Of a stretch of 64,000 nt of DNA, positions 50,001 to 58,472 are shown one piece after another. The position numbers were made by a program, and so were the translations under genes. This DNA comes from an uncultured Gammaproteobacteria bacterium (GTDB lineage: Bacteria > Pseudomonadota > Gammaproteobacteria > Steroidobacterales > JBCCMA01). The stretch covers positions 20,900 to 84,899 of the forward strand of contig CAZXCL010000004.1 of assembly GCA_964639265.1 (NCBI GenBank). Reading direction: 5' to 3'. The notes beneath the pieces were generated by a model. That model made no database searches. It saw nothing but the letters and a program-made list of their open reading frames with translations, and was not told where the DNA came from. Each line of letters opens with the position of its first letter. The first letter of the stretch is position 1.

Positions 50001-50136
50001 CATGTTTTTCGGTGTACTGTTGAGTGCACTGATGACCCTTTATATTGTGCCGGCGTTTTACAAGGTGTTTGCGCGCGGTACGCGTTCGCGCAACGCCGTG
50101 GCCGAAACGCTGTCGGAGTTGCAGAAGCAGCACTAA
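47041..50136 (+). CDS. RND efflux permease (AcrB/AcrD/AcrF family)
   Basis: 'KRPVFATV', 'GLVVDDAIVVVEN', 'KNGILIVEF', 'RLRPVLMT'. Confidence 0.95.
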   Translation: MWLSDTSVKRPVFATVISLLLIAFGVLASQSLTTREYPDIVPPIISVNTTYAGASANIVETRITQLLEKQIAGIEGIRTMTSRSQDGRSAISIEFKLDVDLDQAANDVRDRVSRVARALPDGVDLPSISKQDSDARPIMYMSLTSDGVLSPMALNDYAERFIVDRFNVIPGVSRIDVFGAGRPSMRVWLDRVALAARNLTVQDVEEALRRQNVELPAGTLESDSRQRQVRLARGYETEEDFRELVVARGDDYLVRLGEVARIERAPRDLRNVFRANGTNTIALGVVKQSTANTVDVLEAVKETIDAVNADLPDDMSLIPSSDDSLYIRAAIRAVFLTILVTTALVSVVLLFFLGSIRATVIPALTIPICLVASFMGLSAFGYSINLITLLALVLCIGLVVDDAIVVVENVHRRMERGEPPLLAAYKGTRQVGFAVIATTLVLIAVFTPIIFLQDNLGQLFGELAVTVSAAMIFSTVVALTLTPMLCSKLFKPAEKAGRVSKSIDAGFERVNDFYARTLSASLRAPLVAVAATGLIVAAAWFLFVNLNQEYAPVEDQGGFFASFRAAEGSSFERMAGFVDPIEAPMEPYFESGLIQRGLLRIPGFGGRGLNTAVVVVTLDPDRAPENSTESIRRELTQQWNQIPGLRAFSVIRSGLSRGGGGQPVQVVLGGTSYEELARWRDIVLDRAAENPGLARVQSNLDDTQPQIAVDVDRSRAAALGVSVQTVGSTLEAMMAEKRVATYVSDGEEYDIIMQADAQQRRSLGDLQNIFVRSEDSGELIPLSNLVQIRERSGASQLNRFNRLRAVTISANLVGDYTLPEALDFFEQVVRDELPVSALIDYSGESLEYKEASGGIVFTFGIALLVVFLVLAAQFESFIHPIVIMVAVPLAVAGGLLGLYATDTPFNIFSQIGMIILIGIATKNGILIVEFINQVRESGVEFEPAIVQAARIRLRPVLMTTISTSAGAVPLMLATGAGSVSRQNLGVVMFFGVLLSALMTLYIVPAFYKVFARGTRSRNAVAETLSELQKQH

Positions 50137-50159
50137 ACCATCCGCAACGGGAGAGACAG

Positions 50160-51311
50160 ATGACCACCACGACGCGACGTTCCTTTCTGATCGGTGCGGC
50201 AGGGCTGTCTGTCATGGCAGGGGCCTGTACCAACGGGTTGTCCCGAGCCCAGGTTGAGAAGGTCGGCGCGTTTCCAAAGATGCCCGGCGGTGGCGAGCTG
50301 ATTGGTCCGCAACCCGGCGTGGCCAGATTGTTTGCCAATGAAAACCCGTACGGACCGTCGCGATCGGCGCGTCAGGGTATCGAATACGCCGCGCGCAAGG
50401 GCGCGTTCTACGCGGACGGCGTCACCAAAAAACTGGCAGCCATGATCGCCGAGCGACACGGTCTGACGGCCGATCATGTGACCGTGTCGACCGGCTCTGC
50501 CGAGGCGCTCAGCGCGATTGCGATGATCTACGGACAGGACGGTCCGATCGTCGCCCCGCGACTTTTCTTTGACGCGACACCGCTTTACGCAGAGCGTTTG
50601 GGGCTTGCGACCATCGAGCGTGCGCCCATAGCGGCGGACATGAGCGTGGATCTGGCGGCGCTGGAGTCGATGGTCACAGCCGACACGGGTCTCGTGCAGC
50701 TGTGCAATCCGAACAACCCGACCGGCATGCTCAGCGATACGGCGACGCTCAAGGCTGCGGTCAAGCGTATGGCCGCGAAGGCGCCGGTCGTGGTCGATGA
50801 GGCATACATGGAATTGACACCCGATCCTGTGGGTATGTCGTGCGTGGATCTGGTGGCGCAGGGACATGATGTCATCGTTTCGCGCACCTTCTCCAAGCTT
50901 TACGGCATGGCCGGTGCGCGGGTCGGCTATGTGATCTCATCCCCTGATACCGCGCAACGCGTGCGGTCGGCCAACATGACGTGGATGTCCGGGTTGGGGC
51001 TTGCCGGCGCGATTGCCTGTTACAACGATACAAGCTTTACCGATCAGTCGCGGGCGAAAATTCTGCAAGGGCGAGAGATGGTCAACGACACGGTTAGCCG
51101 GCTGGGCCTGCAGGCGCTGCCCTCGCAGACCAACTTTGTATATTTCAAATCCGGCATGCCCGCCAACGAATTGCAGCAAGCCATGGCCGCACGGAACATC
51201 CTGATCCGCGGTCAGTACATGGACTATGCCGACTGGACGCGAGTCTCAATGGGACACCTCGATGACGTTGCACGATTCTGCGAGGCACTGCCACAAGTGC
51301 TGGGCGCCTGA
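50160..51311 (+). CDS. HisC-like PLP-dependent aminotransferase with Tat/lipoprotein signal
   Basis: 'TRRSFL...MAGAC'; 'NENPYGP', 'CNPNNPTG', 'VDEAY', 'RTFSKLYGMAGARVG'. Confidence 0.88.
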   Translation: MTTTTRRSFLIGAAGLSVMAGACTNGLSRAQVEKVGAFPKMPGGGELIGPQPGVARLFANENPYGPSRSARQGIEYAARKGAFYADGVTKKLAAMIAERHGLTADHVTVSTGSAEALSAIAMIYGQDGPIVAPRLFFDATPLYAERLGLATIERAPIAADMSVDLAALESMVTADTGLVQLCNPNNPTGMLSDTATLKAAVKRMAAKAPVVVDEAYMELTPDPVGMSCVDLVAQGHDVIVSRTFSKLYGMAGARVGYVISSPDTAQRVRSANMTWMSGLGLAGAIACYNDTSFTDQSRAKILQGREMVNDTVSRLGLQALPSQTNFVYFKSGMPANELQQAMAARNILIRGQYMDYADWTRVSMGHLDDVARFCEALPQVLGA

Positions 51312-51330
51312 GAGGCGCTGAGCGGCGGCG

Positions 51331-51516
51331 CTAGGTCAGCGTCGTTTTCGTGGTGCCGCACCGCGTGCAGCGGTGCAGCGTCACGAGTTTGCCCTGCTTC
51401 ACATCAAACTGTTTTTTGGCGTCCGGCGCCCACTTGTGAAAGCCGTGCTTGCACATGGTTTTCCTGTGCGCCTTCTTTTTCGGTGACGGCTTTTTAAAAG
51501 GAAGAACGTCGCCCAC
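51331..51516 (-). CDS. Small basic hypothetical protein, possible zinc ribbon
   Basis: GTG start GDVLPFKKP; 'CKHGFHKW' and 'CTRCG'. Confidence 0.6.
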   Translation of the reverse strand: MGDVLPFKKPSPKKKAHRKTMCKHGFHKWAPDAKKQFDVKQGKLVTLHRCTRCGTTKTTLT

Positions 51517-51527
51517 GACGCGCAGTG

Positions 51528-52010
51528 CTATTTGCTGGCGTACTTGGCGGCTTTGCCGGCTGCTGCCGACGCAGGTTGCCAGTACCAGCCTTTCGGATCC
51601 CAGCACTGCGAAAAGCTGAAATCCTCCTCCAGCGCGCGAAACGCGGCCGCAGCCTGCGGATACATGCGGCGCTTTTCATACGAGGTGCCCTGGATGAACA
51701 GGCAGGTGCCCACGTCGTTGAGCGCCCAGTAGTCGTTGACCTTCTCAACCGGTGGGAACAACGTCAGCGAGGCGTTCATCTTCTTGCCGCGCTCGCCGTA
51801 GAGCTCCACGCATTTATTGGTGTAGGCAATCACCGCCGCGTGATCATTGGCGTCCAGCGCCTCCCAGCCTTTGGTGGCGAGCGTTGAGGAGGTGTAGTCA
51901 CCGTAGTCCAGCGTCGCGGCGGTTTGTTCAATCTTCTCGTTGCTGATTGGTGCCGGTGCGCAGGCGGCGATCATGGAAACAAAAACAGCGGTAGCGAGTA
52001 GGCGATGCAT
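51528..52010 (-). CDS. TPR-like lipoprotein of unknown function, divergent from beta-glucanases
   Basis: Lipobox IAAC; 'YWALNDVGTCLFIQG', 'SQCWDPKGWYWQP'. Confidence 0.7.
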   Translation of the reverse strand: MHRLLATAVFVSMIAACAPAPISNEKIEQTAATLDYGDYTSSTLATKGWEALDANDHAAVIAYTNKCVELYGERGKKMNASLTLFPPVEKVNDYWALNDVGTCLFIQGTSYEKRRMYPQAAAAFRALEEDFSFSQCWDPKGWYWQPASAAAGKAAKYASK

Positions 52011-52102
52011 GGGTGTCTCTTTTTCTGGCAAGTGGAGTACACTCACGCTAGCGATTGTGGCCGCGAGATGCAATGCGGCGAATTTCCCGAGATATCACCA
52101 TC

Positions 52103-53809
52103 ATGTCAGGTCTTCTTTTACCTCGCCGGGCTGCGCCGGGTTTATTCGCCGGTTTTGTCGTCGTCGTGCTTTGTGGCTGCACCGCCGTTCAGACCAGCAA
52201 CAGGCCGGACTACGGGCTGACCAGTACCCACGAGATCATTGTCACCAACGAAGCTGGCGCCAGGCTTGAAAGCCAACCTAATGTCGAATTTGCTCGCGCC
52301 CGGAATGCTCAAATCGTCATAGACGTGTTTCCCGACGATCGGCGCCAGACCTTACTTGGCGTCGGCACCTCTTTCACCGAGTCCTCGGCGTTTGTCCTGG
52401 CACATCTGCCGGTTGATCGTCGTCGCGAGGTCATGACGAGCATCTACGGCGCAAGCGGTGCGAACTTCTCTATTGCGCGAGCGCCCATTGCATCCACGGA
52501 CTTTTCGGTCGAGGGCAAATACTCCTATGCTCCGGTGCCCGATGACGTGAAGCTTGAGTCGTTCAGTATCGCGCCCGATCTTGCCGGGTTTGCGCGCAGC
52601 ATCTATCCGGGCGTGATTGACGAGTCGTACGACGTGCTGCCGATGATTGAAGAGGCCCTGGCGATCAAGGCCGAACAAACACAGAGCGATTTGCGCATCG
52701 TGGCCTCGGCGTGGACGGCACCGCCGTGGATGAAGACCATCGACACCTGGTACATCCGCCCCACCGCGGACAACAACTGGCAGGGCACGGGCGGCGATCT
52801 GAAACCGCAATACCAGGCCACGTACGCCGACTATCTTGTGCGCTATCTCGATGCCTATGCCGAGCGCGGCATTTCCATCTGGGGCCTGACGCCGGTGAAC
52901 GAACCGCACGGCAATTCCGGGCAGTGGGAGAGCATGCATTTTTCGGCCGCAAGCCAGGCCGACTTTGTGCGCGAACATCTGGGACCGCGTATGAGCGAAT
53001 CAGGGTATGAGACGATCAAGCTTCTGATCTACGATCAAAATCGCGACGGATTGCAGGACTGGGTCGACACGTTTTATGCCGACGATGATGCGTCGAGGTA
53101 TGTTTACGGTGCAGCCGTGCACTGGTATTCGAGCACAACGGATGTGTATGAGCAGGTGTTCGAGCAGGTCAAGGACGCGTATCCCTCGTTTGGCCTTATT
53201 CACACCGAAGGCACCATCGACGATCTCGGCAAGCCCGCGCCCGGTGGTATCGGTGACCCGGAGAAATTTACCGAGTCCAACTGGTTTTTGAACGACCGTT
53301 TCTGGTGGCAGCCCAACGCTACCGACTGGGCGTACACGGCCGAGTGGGCGCCCAATGCCGAGGATCATCCTGCGTACACGCCCGTGCATCGCTACGCGCG
53401 CGACATAATCGTGGGCTTCAATCACTGGCTGGAGGGCTGGATTGACTGGAATATCGTGCTCGATCATCGCGGCGGACCAAACCACGTTGGCAATTTTTGC
53501 GGTGCGCCGATCATGATCGATACGCGCGATCAGACGGTGTACTACACGCCGGTGTTTTACGTGCTGTCGCAGCTCTCGCGCACCATTCGTCCAGGTGACA
53601 CAGCGGTGCGGACGCAGACCCTAGCGCCAGCGCTGGATCCGGATGCGTTGCATGCCAGTGCAAGCATCAACAGCGATGGCATGCTCAGTATCCAGATGCT
53701 CAACACAACGAGCGCAGCGCTCGAGCTAGAGCTTGTGATCGGGGCACAGTCGGCGCCCGTTCGAATTGATGCCAATGCCCTGCAGACCGTGCGCGTTGCG
53801 CTCCGGTAA
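52103..53809 (+). CDS. Glycoside hydrolase family 30 (glucosylceramidase / beta-1,6-glucanase-like) lipoprotein
   Basis: 'SAWTAPPWMK', acid/base 'VNEP', nucleophile 'HTEG', 'DWNIVLD..GGPNHVGN'. Confidence 0.9.
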   Translation: MSGLLLPRRAAPGLFAGFVVVVLCGCTAVQTSNRPDYGLTSTHEIIVTNEAGARLESQPNVEFARARNAQIVIDVFPDDRRQTLLGVGTSFTESSAFVLAHLPVDRRREVMTSIYGASGANFSIARAPIASTDFSVEGKYSYAPVPDDVKLESFSIAPDLAGFARSIYPGVIDESYDVLPMIEEALAIKAEQTQSDLRIVASAWTAPPWMKTIDTWYIRPTADNNWQGTGGDLKPQYQATYADYLVRYLDAYAERGISIWGLTPVNEPHGNSGQWESMHFSAASQADFVREHLGPRMSESGYETIKLLIYDQNRDGLQDWVDTFYADDDASRYVYGAAVHWYSSTTDVYEQVFEQVKDAYPSFGLIHTEGTIDDLGKPAPGGIGDPEKFTESNWFLNDRFWWQPNATDWAYTAEWAPNAEDHPAYTPVHRYARDIIVGFNHWLEGWIDWNIVLDHRGGPNHVGNFCGAPIMIDTRDQTVYYTPVFYVLSQLSRTIRPGDTAVRTQTLAPALDPDALHASASINSDGMLSIQMLNTTSAALELELVIGAQSAPVRIDANALQTVRVALR

Positions 53810-53827
53810 CCCGGAACAATCAGGTCA

Positions 53828-55168
53828 ATGCGAATGAACACTCGAAGCACGGCCTTTTCGATGTTTCTGGTCTGGATCATCGCCGTGTCTGGCGGATGCG
53901 GCGCCGCGCCGCGCGATGATTCGGCTGATGCGTTGGTGTGGGCCGTGAACGTGGCCGGCCCGGCCTACGTTGCGCGCGATGGCACCAGCTATGTCGCCAG
54001 TGAGGCGATCCAGGGCGGAACAGCCGGCCAGCTGGCCACCGTCAAAGGCTCTCAGGACTCGGCGCTTTATCGGGATTTTCAACGCGGCGAGTTCGTTGTG
54101 TCCAAGGCGCTGGAGAACGGTCGCTACGATGTGACGTTCCACTTTGCCGAGCCCGATGAAGTGGAGCCCGGCGCGCGGGTTTTCTCGGCCTTCGTTGAAG
54201 ACCAGCCTGTGATTCGTGATCTGGACGTCATGCTCTTTCGAGACGCCAAAGTCCATTCGGCGCTGACCGTAACGGTGCCGGGCGTGCGCATCGACGACCG
54301 CGAGTTGTCTGTGCGGTTTGAGGCCAGCGCAGGCGAGCCCGTGCTGAGCGCTCTGGTGGTGCGCTCGGCCAGCGAACGCAAGCAACCGTGGAAACTGGCC
54401 TGGAGCGATGAGTTTGATTACCGCGGCGCGCCCGACCCGGCGCGCTGGAATGTTGAACGTTGGGATGCGCGCAAGGTGAACGACGAGGATCAGGCTTACA
54501 CAGATCGCCCGGACAATGTGCGTGTTGAGGATGGTCATCTGATCATTGAGGCGCGGCGCGAGGACTACGACGATGCGCGCTTCACATCCGCGCGTATCCA
54601 GTCGCAGGGCAAGGGCGATGTGCTCTACGGTCGTGTGGAAGTGCGAGCGAAGCTGCCCGAGGGCAAGGGTACGTGGCCGGCGATCTGGATGCTCCCAAGC
54701 GATCCTTTCCGTTACGCGACAATGTGCGGCGAAGGCGTGGACTGGCAGGGCAACCCCGACTGCGACGCGTGGCCCAACTCGGGCGAGATCGACATCATGG
54801 AGCACGTTGGCTACCAGATGAATCACGTGCACGGCACGGTGCATAACAAGGCCTACTACTGGATCAACTGGGAGCAGCGCAAAGGCCGGGTGCTGCTTGA
54901 CGATGTGGCCGAAAAATTCCACGTCTATGCGCTGGAGTGGCGTCCGGACATGATCGAGATATTTGTGGACGACACGCTCTACTTCACCTACGCGAACGAG
55001 GGAGACGGCTGGCGCGCGTGGCCCTTTGATCACCCCTTTCATCTGATTCTCAATGTTGCCGTGGGCGGCTACTGGGGTCGAGCCGGCGGCGGCATTGACG
55101 AGAGTGTGTTTCCGCAGCAAATGACGGTGGACTACGTGCGCGTCTACGAGCGCGCTGGGCGAAAATAG
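53828..55168 (+). CDS. Malectin domain + GH16 laminarinase
   Basis: N-terminal 'AVNVAG...YDVTFHFAE...RVF'; 'WSDEFD', 'WPAIWML', catalytic EIDIMEH. Confidence 0.9.
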   Translation: MRMNTRSTAFSMFLVWIIAVSGGCGAAPRDDSADALVWAVNVAGPAYVARDGTSYVASEAIQGGTAGQLATVKGSQDSALYRDFQRGEFVVSKALENGRYDVTFHFAEPDEVEPGARVFSAFVEDQPVIRDLDVMLFRDAKVHSALTVTVPGVRIDDRELSVRFEASAGEPVLSALVVRSASERKQPWKLAWSDEFDYRGAPDPARWNVERWDARKVNDEDQAYTDRPDNVRVEDGHLIIEARREDYDDARFTSARIQSQGKGDVLYGRVEVRAKLPEGKGTWPAIWMLPSDPFRYATMCGEGVDWQGNPDCDAWPNSGEIDIMEHVGYQMNHVHGTVHNKAYYWINWEQRKGRVLLDDVAEKFHVYALEWRPDMIEIFVDDTLYFTYANEGDGWRAWPFDHPFHLILNVAVGGYWGRAGGGIDESVFPQQMTVDYVRVYERAGRK

Positions 55169-55959
55169 TCGCGATTGGAGTAGAACGACGGCAACTCGTT
55201 GTCCGGCCACCAGCCCGGAATGCCAAGTATTGGCAGCGGCAACAGCTCGTGCGTGCTCAAGACGCATTGATCGTTGATGATGGCCTTACTCAGGCTGTCA
55301 TCGACGGCGTGGCGTTGCTCATCTTCAGGTAGTTCGAACCAGTCCGCGGGCATTTTCAGATGCAGCGCTTTGCCAGTGAGTCCGATGTAGGGCGTCAGGC
55401 ACTGCTCCAGCAGGCCGTGGCCGAGATTCATTGGCTTGATGCGCCGGCCCCAGTCCTCGCGATTCGCCACGAACAGTTCGTGCCAGTCGTGCTCCTCGTG
55501 CATCCGCGTCCAGTCGTAGTCGTCAACAACAAGCACGATGCCGCACTCATCCAGCAGCGTGACGGCGTCGCGCCGCGCCGAGCGGGCGCCGCCTTGCTGG
55601 CATAAGAGCTCTCGGCGATGAATGGCATTGAGGCTGGATTTTGTTAACGGGAAGGCGATCCACATCAGCGCATTGAACAGGTCGTGCCAGCTGCGCGGGC
55701 GAAGTGGAATCACACCGCTGCGATTAATCTCGGTTTCGTAAGCGGCCGCCCCCTCGTCGCCGGCGCCTGCGCTGTAGGAAAATCGCATGCGCTGCCCCGC
55801 GGAATTGACGCAGGTCGCGGTCAATTGCTCATTGAGCTGCTCTTGCGTCGGCCAGTCTCGCCACCCGAACTTTGCGGCGCGGGCGGCGATATTGCGGTGC
55901 AGTATGGAGGCGCGGAGCTGATCGAGGAGGGCCGCGGGTTTCATATCATTCTCATTCAT
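55144..55959 (-). CDS. DUF3025 family protein
   Basis: 'WHDLFNALMW..FP..K..LN', 'RDAVTLLDECG', 'PLPILGIPGW', 'YFRP'. Confidence 0.8.
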   Translation of the reverse strand: MNENDMKPAALLDQLRASILHRNIAARAAKFGWRDWPTQEQLNEQLTATCVNSAGQRMRFSYSAGAGDEGAAAYETEINRSGVIPLRPRSWHDLFNALMWIAFPLTKSSLNAIHRRELLCQQGGARSARRDAVTLLDECGIVLVVDDYDWTRMHEEHDWHELFVANREDWGRRIKPMNLGHGLLEQCLTPYIGLTGKALHLKMPADWFELPEDEQRHAVDDSLSKAIINDQCVLSTHELLPLPILGIPGWWPDNELPSFYSNRDYFRPARS

Positions 55960-56011
55960 AACGAGTTTTGCTTGCCAGCGACGTCTCGCCGCCCGACCGT
56001 GCAATCAAATA

Positions 56012-56033
56012 AATAGTTTCTATTGAAACAATT
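56012..56033. promoter_or_regulatory. Palindromic operator candidate between DUF3025 and hppD
   Basis: AATAGTTTCTATTGAAACAATT (GTTTC-N4-GAAAC core) in an AT-rich patch. Confidence 0.55.
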
Positions 56034-56229
56034 ATATCTCTTTGTTTATAATCGCGAAGCGCGGAAGCTGACACCATCTTTGATGATGCATCACGACAGC
56101 CATATGCCGCGCCAGAGCGGAGCGACGTCGCTCACACTACCCGACCTTTTCAGGTGACGACATCTGCGTCCTTACCGGGCAACGACGCGTCGGCCCTGCT
56201 GTTGCAGGCGATTACACATGGAGCTGACT

Positions 56230-57315
56230 ATGGCAGATTTATTTGAGAATCCGGCAGGCCTCGAAGGATTCGAGTTCATCGAGTTTTCCGCACCCGAAAA
56301 AGGTGTGCTTGAGCCCGTGTTCACTGCGATGGGTTTTACTCGTGTGGCACGGCATCGTTCAAAGGACGTTGAGCTGTGGCGCCAGGGTGGCATCAATCTG
56401 ATCACCAACTACGAGCCAAAATCCGCGGCCTGGTATTTCGCCCGCGAGCACGGACCGTCAGCCTGTGGCATGGGTTTTCGCGTCCGCAATGCCGGCGTTG
56501 CCTACGAACATCTGTTGGCCAACGGCGCCGAGCCGGTGGATGTCCCCACCGGCCCGATGGAGCTGCGCCTGCCCGCCATCCGCGGTATCGGCAACGCGAT
56601 CGTCTATCTGATCGATCGCTACGCCGATCACAAGCCCGATATTTACGATATTGATTTCGAATACCTCGACGGCGTCGAGCAGCAGCCGGCGGGTGCAGGT
56701 TTTGAGATGATCGACCACCTCACCCATAACGTCTATCCGGGCCGTATGTCCTATTGGGCCGAGTATTACGAGAAGTTGTTCAACTTCCGCGAGATTCGCT
56801 ATTTCGATATCAAGGGTGAATACACCGGTCTGACGTCGCGGGCACTAACGGCCCCGGACGGTCTGATCCGCATTCCGCTTAACGAGGAGGGCGATCAGGG
56901 CAAGGGTCAGATCGAGGAATACCTGCGCGAGTTTCGCGGCGAGGGCATCCAGCACATTGCCTTTTCCTGCTCCGATCTGCCGGCCTGTCTTGACCGGCTC
57001 AGAAGTTTGGGTACGCCGTTCATGACGGCGCCGCCAAACGCCTATTACGAGTTGCTTGATGAGCGTTTGCCGGGTCACGGTGAAAACGTTGATGCGCTGA
57101 GCACGCGCGGCATATTGCTCGACGGCGATACCGATGGCGAGCAGCCGCGTCTGCTGCTGCAGATTTTTTCCGAGACGCTGCTTGGTCCGGTGTTCTTCGA
57201 GTTTATCCAGCGCAAAGGCGATGAGGGCTTCGGCGAGGGCAACTTCAAGGCGCTGTTTGAATCTATCGAGCGCGATCAGCTTGATCGCGGTGTGCTGAAC
57301 GCAGAGGCATCCTGA
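56230..57315 (+). CDS. hppD: 4-hydroxyphenylpyruvate dioxygenase
   Basis: '[17 protein letters not shown]', 'IDHLTHNV', 'GEGIQHIA', '[26 protein letters not shown]'. Confidence 0.96.
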   Translation: MADLFENPAGLEGFEFIEFSAPEKGVLEPVFTAMGFTRVARHRSKDVELWRQGGINLITNYEPKSAAWYFAREHGPSACGMGFRVRNAGVAYEHLLANGAEPVDVPTGPMELRLPAIRGIGNAIVYLIDRYADHKPDIYDIDFEYLDGVEQQPAGAGFEMIDHLTHNVYPGRMSYWAEYYEKLFNFREIRYFDIKGEYTGLTSRALTAPDGLIRIPLNEEGDQGKGQIEEYLREFRGEGIQHIAFSCSDLPACLDRLRSLGTPFMTAPPNAYYELLDERLPGHGENVDALSTRGILLDGDTDGEQPRLLLQIFSETLLGPVFFEFIQRKGDEGFGEGNFKALFESIERDQLDRGVLNAEAS

Positions 57316-57319
57316 CACC

Positions 57320-58339
57320 ATGAAACTTGCAACCATTAACAATGGGACCCGGGACGGTGCCCTGCACGTGGTCACGGCCGACCTGTCTCGCTGCATCAGC
57401 GCCAGCGACATTGCGCCGACGCTGCAGGCGGCGCTGGATGAATGGGAGACCACTGCGCCGAAGCTCGAAGCACTGGCAAAGCAGCTGGCTGCCGACACGG
57501 CGCTGGGCCAACCTTTTGATCAGAACGCCTGTACGTCGCCGCTGCCACGGGCCGGTCAGTGGGCCGATGGTTCTGCCTACGTCAATCACGTTGAGCTGGT
57601 GCGTCGCGCACGCGGCGCCCAGATGCCCGATTCGTTCTGGACCGATCCGCTGATGTACCAGGGTGGATCCGATACTTTTCTCGGGCCCCGCGAAGACATC
57701 GTGATGCCGCAGGACGAGACGTTCGGTATCGATATGGAAGGTGAAGTGGCGATCGTGACCACCGACGTGCCCATGGGTGTGTCGCCCGAGGATGCGCTCC
57801 AGTTCATCGCCCTGATCATGATCGTCAACGACGTGAGTTTGCGCGGGCTGATTCCGGGCGAGCTGGCCAAGGGCTTTGGCTTTTTCCAGTCCAAACCCTC
57901 CAGCGCGTTCAGTCCATGCGCGATCACGCTGGACGAGCTGGGCGACAAGTGGCGCGATGGCAAGGTGCATCTGCCGCTGCTGGTGCACTACAACGGCCAG
58001 CCGTTTGGCAAAGCCAACGCCGGTGTCGACATGACCTTTCACTTCGGCCAGCTGATCGCGCACGCAGCGCGCACCCGACGTCTCGGCGCCGGTACGATCA
58101 TAGGCTCGGGTACCGTGTCCAACAAAGCGGCCGACGGCGCACCGGGCAAGCCGATTGCCGAGGGTGGGCTGGGCTATTCATGTATTGCCGAGATTCGCAT
58201 GATCGAAACCATCGATCATGGTTCGCCAAGCACGCCGTTCATGAAATTTGGTGATCGGGTTGAGATCGACATGCAGGACGCCGACGGGCAGTCGCTGTTC
58301 GGTACGATTTCCCAGAAGGTGTCGCCGCTCAAGACCTGA
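57320..58339 (+). CDS. Fumarylacetoacetate hydrolase family protein
   Basis: 'ADGSAYVNHVEL', 'YQGGSD', 'DMEGEV', 'NDVSLR', 'GSGTVSN'. Confidence 0.9.
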   Translation: MKLATINNGTRDGALHVVTADLSRCISASDIAPTLQAALDEWETTAPKLEALAKQLAADTALGQPFDQNACTSPLPRAGQWADGSAYVNHVELVRRARGAQMPDSFWTDPLMYQGGSDTFLGPREDIVMPQDETFGIDMEGEVAIVTTDVPMGVSPEDALQFIALIMIVNDVSLRGLIPGELAKGFGFFQSKPSSAFSPCAITLDELGDKWRDGKVHLPLLVHYNGQPFGKANAGVDMTFHFGQLIAHAARTRRLGAGTIIGSGTVSNKAADGAPGKPIAEGGLGYSCIAEIRMIETIDHGSPSTPFMKFGDRVEIDMQDADGQSLFGTISQKVSPLKT

Positions 58340-58472
58340 GGCCCGGACCGCTACCCCGTTTGTGCCTGATTTCTCTACGACGGTCCGCTAGGGACAGGGC
58401 GGCGCGGAAAAAGTGCTTTTGTGCAGTGCCTCGTGCGACACTGTAGACAGGTGCAGGAAGCGCGGGTGTGGC

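Noticed and set aside
19729-51311. Histidine biosynthesis (hisD plus hisC)
   Set aside because: The two genes are about 30 kb apart, no other his genes are present, the HisD paralogue has HpsN-type residues and the HisC-like protein is exported
53825-55267. 480-aa antisense ORF, and similar long shadow ORFs (18654-19949, 21126-22280, 39043-40173, 14760-15566)
   Set aside because: They lie opposite well-supported genes and have no motifs; long antisense frames are expected in high-GC coding DNA
56100-56217. CCTTTTCAGGT resembling the 3' end of a glycine riboswitch
   Set aside because: The conserved upstream GGAGA/CCGAAG elements are not recognisable
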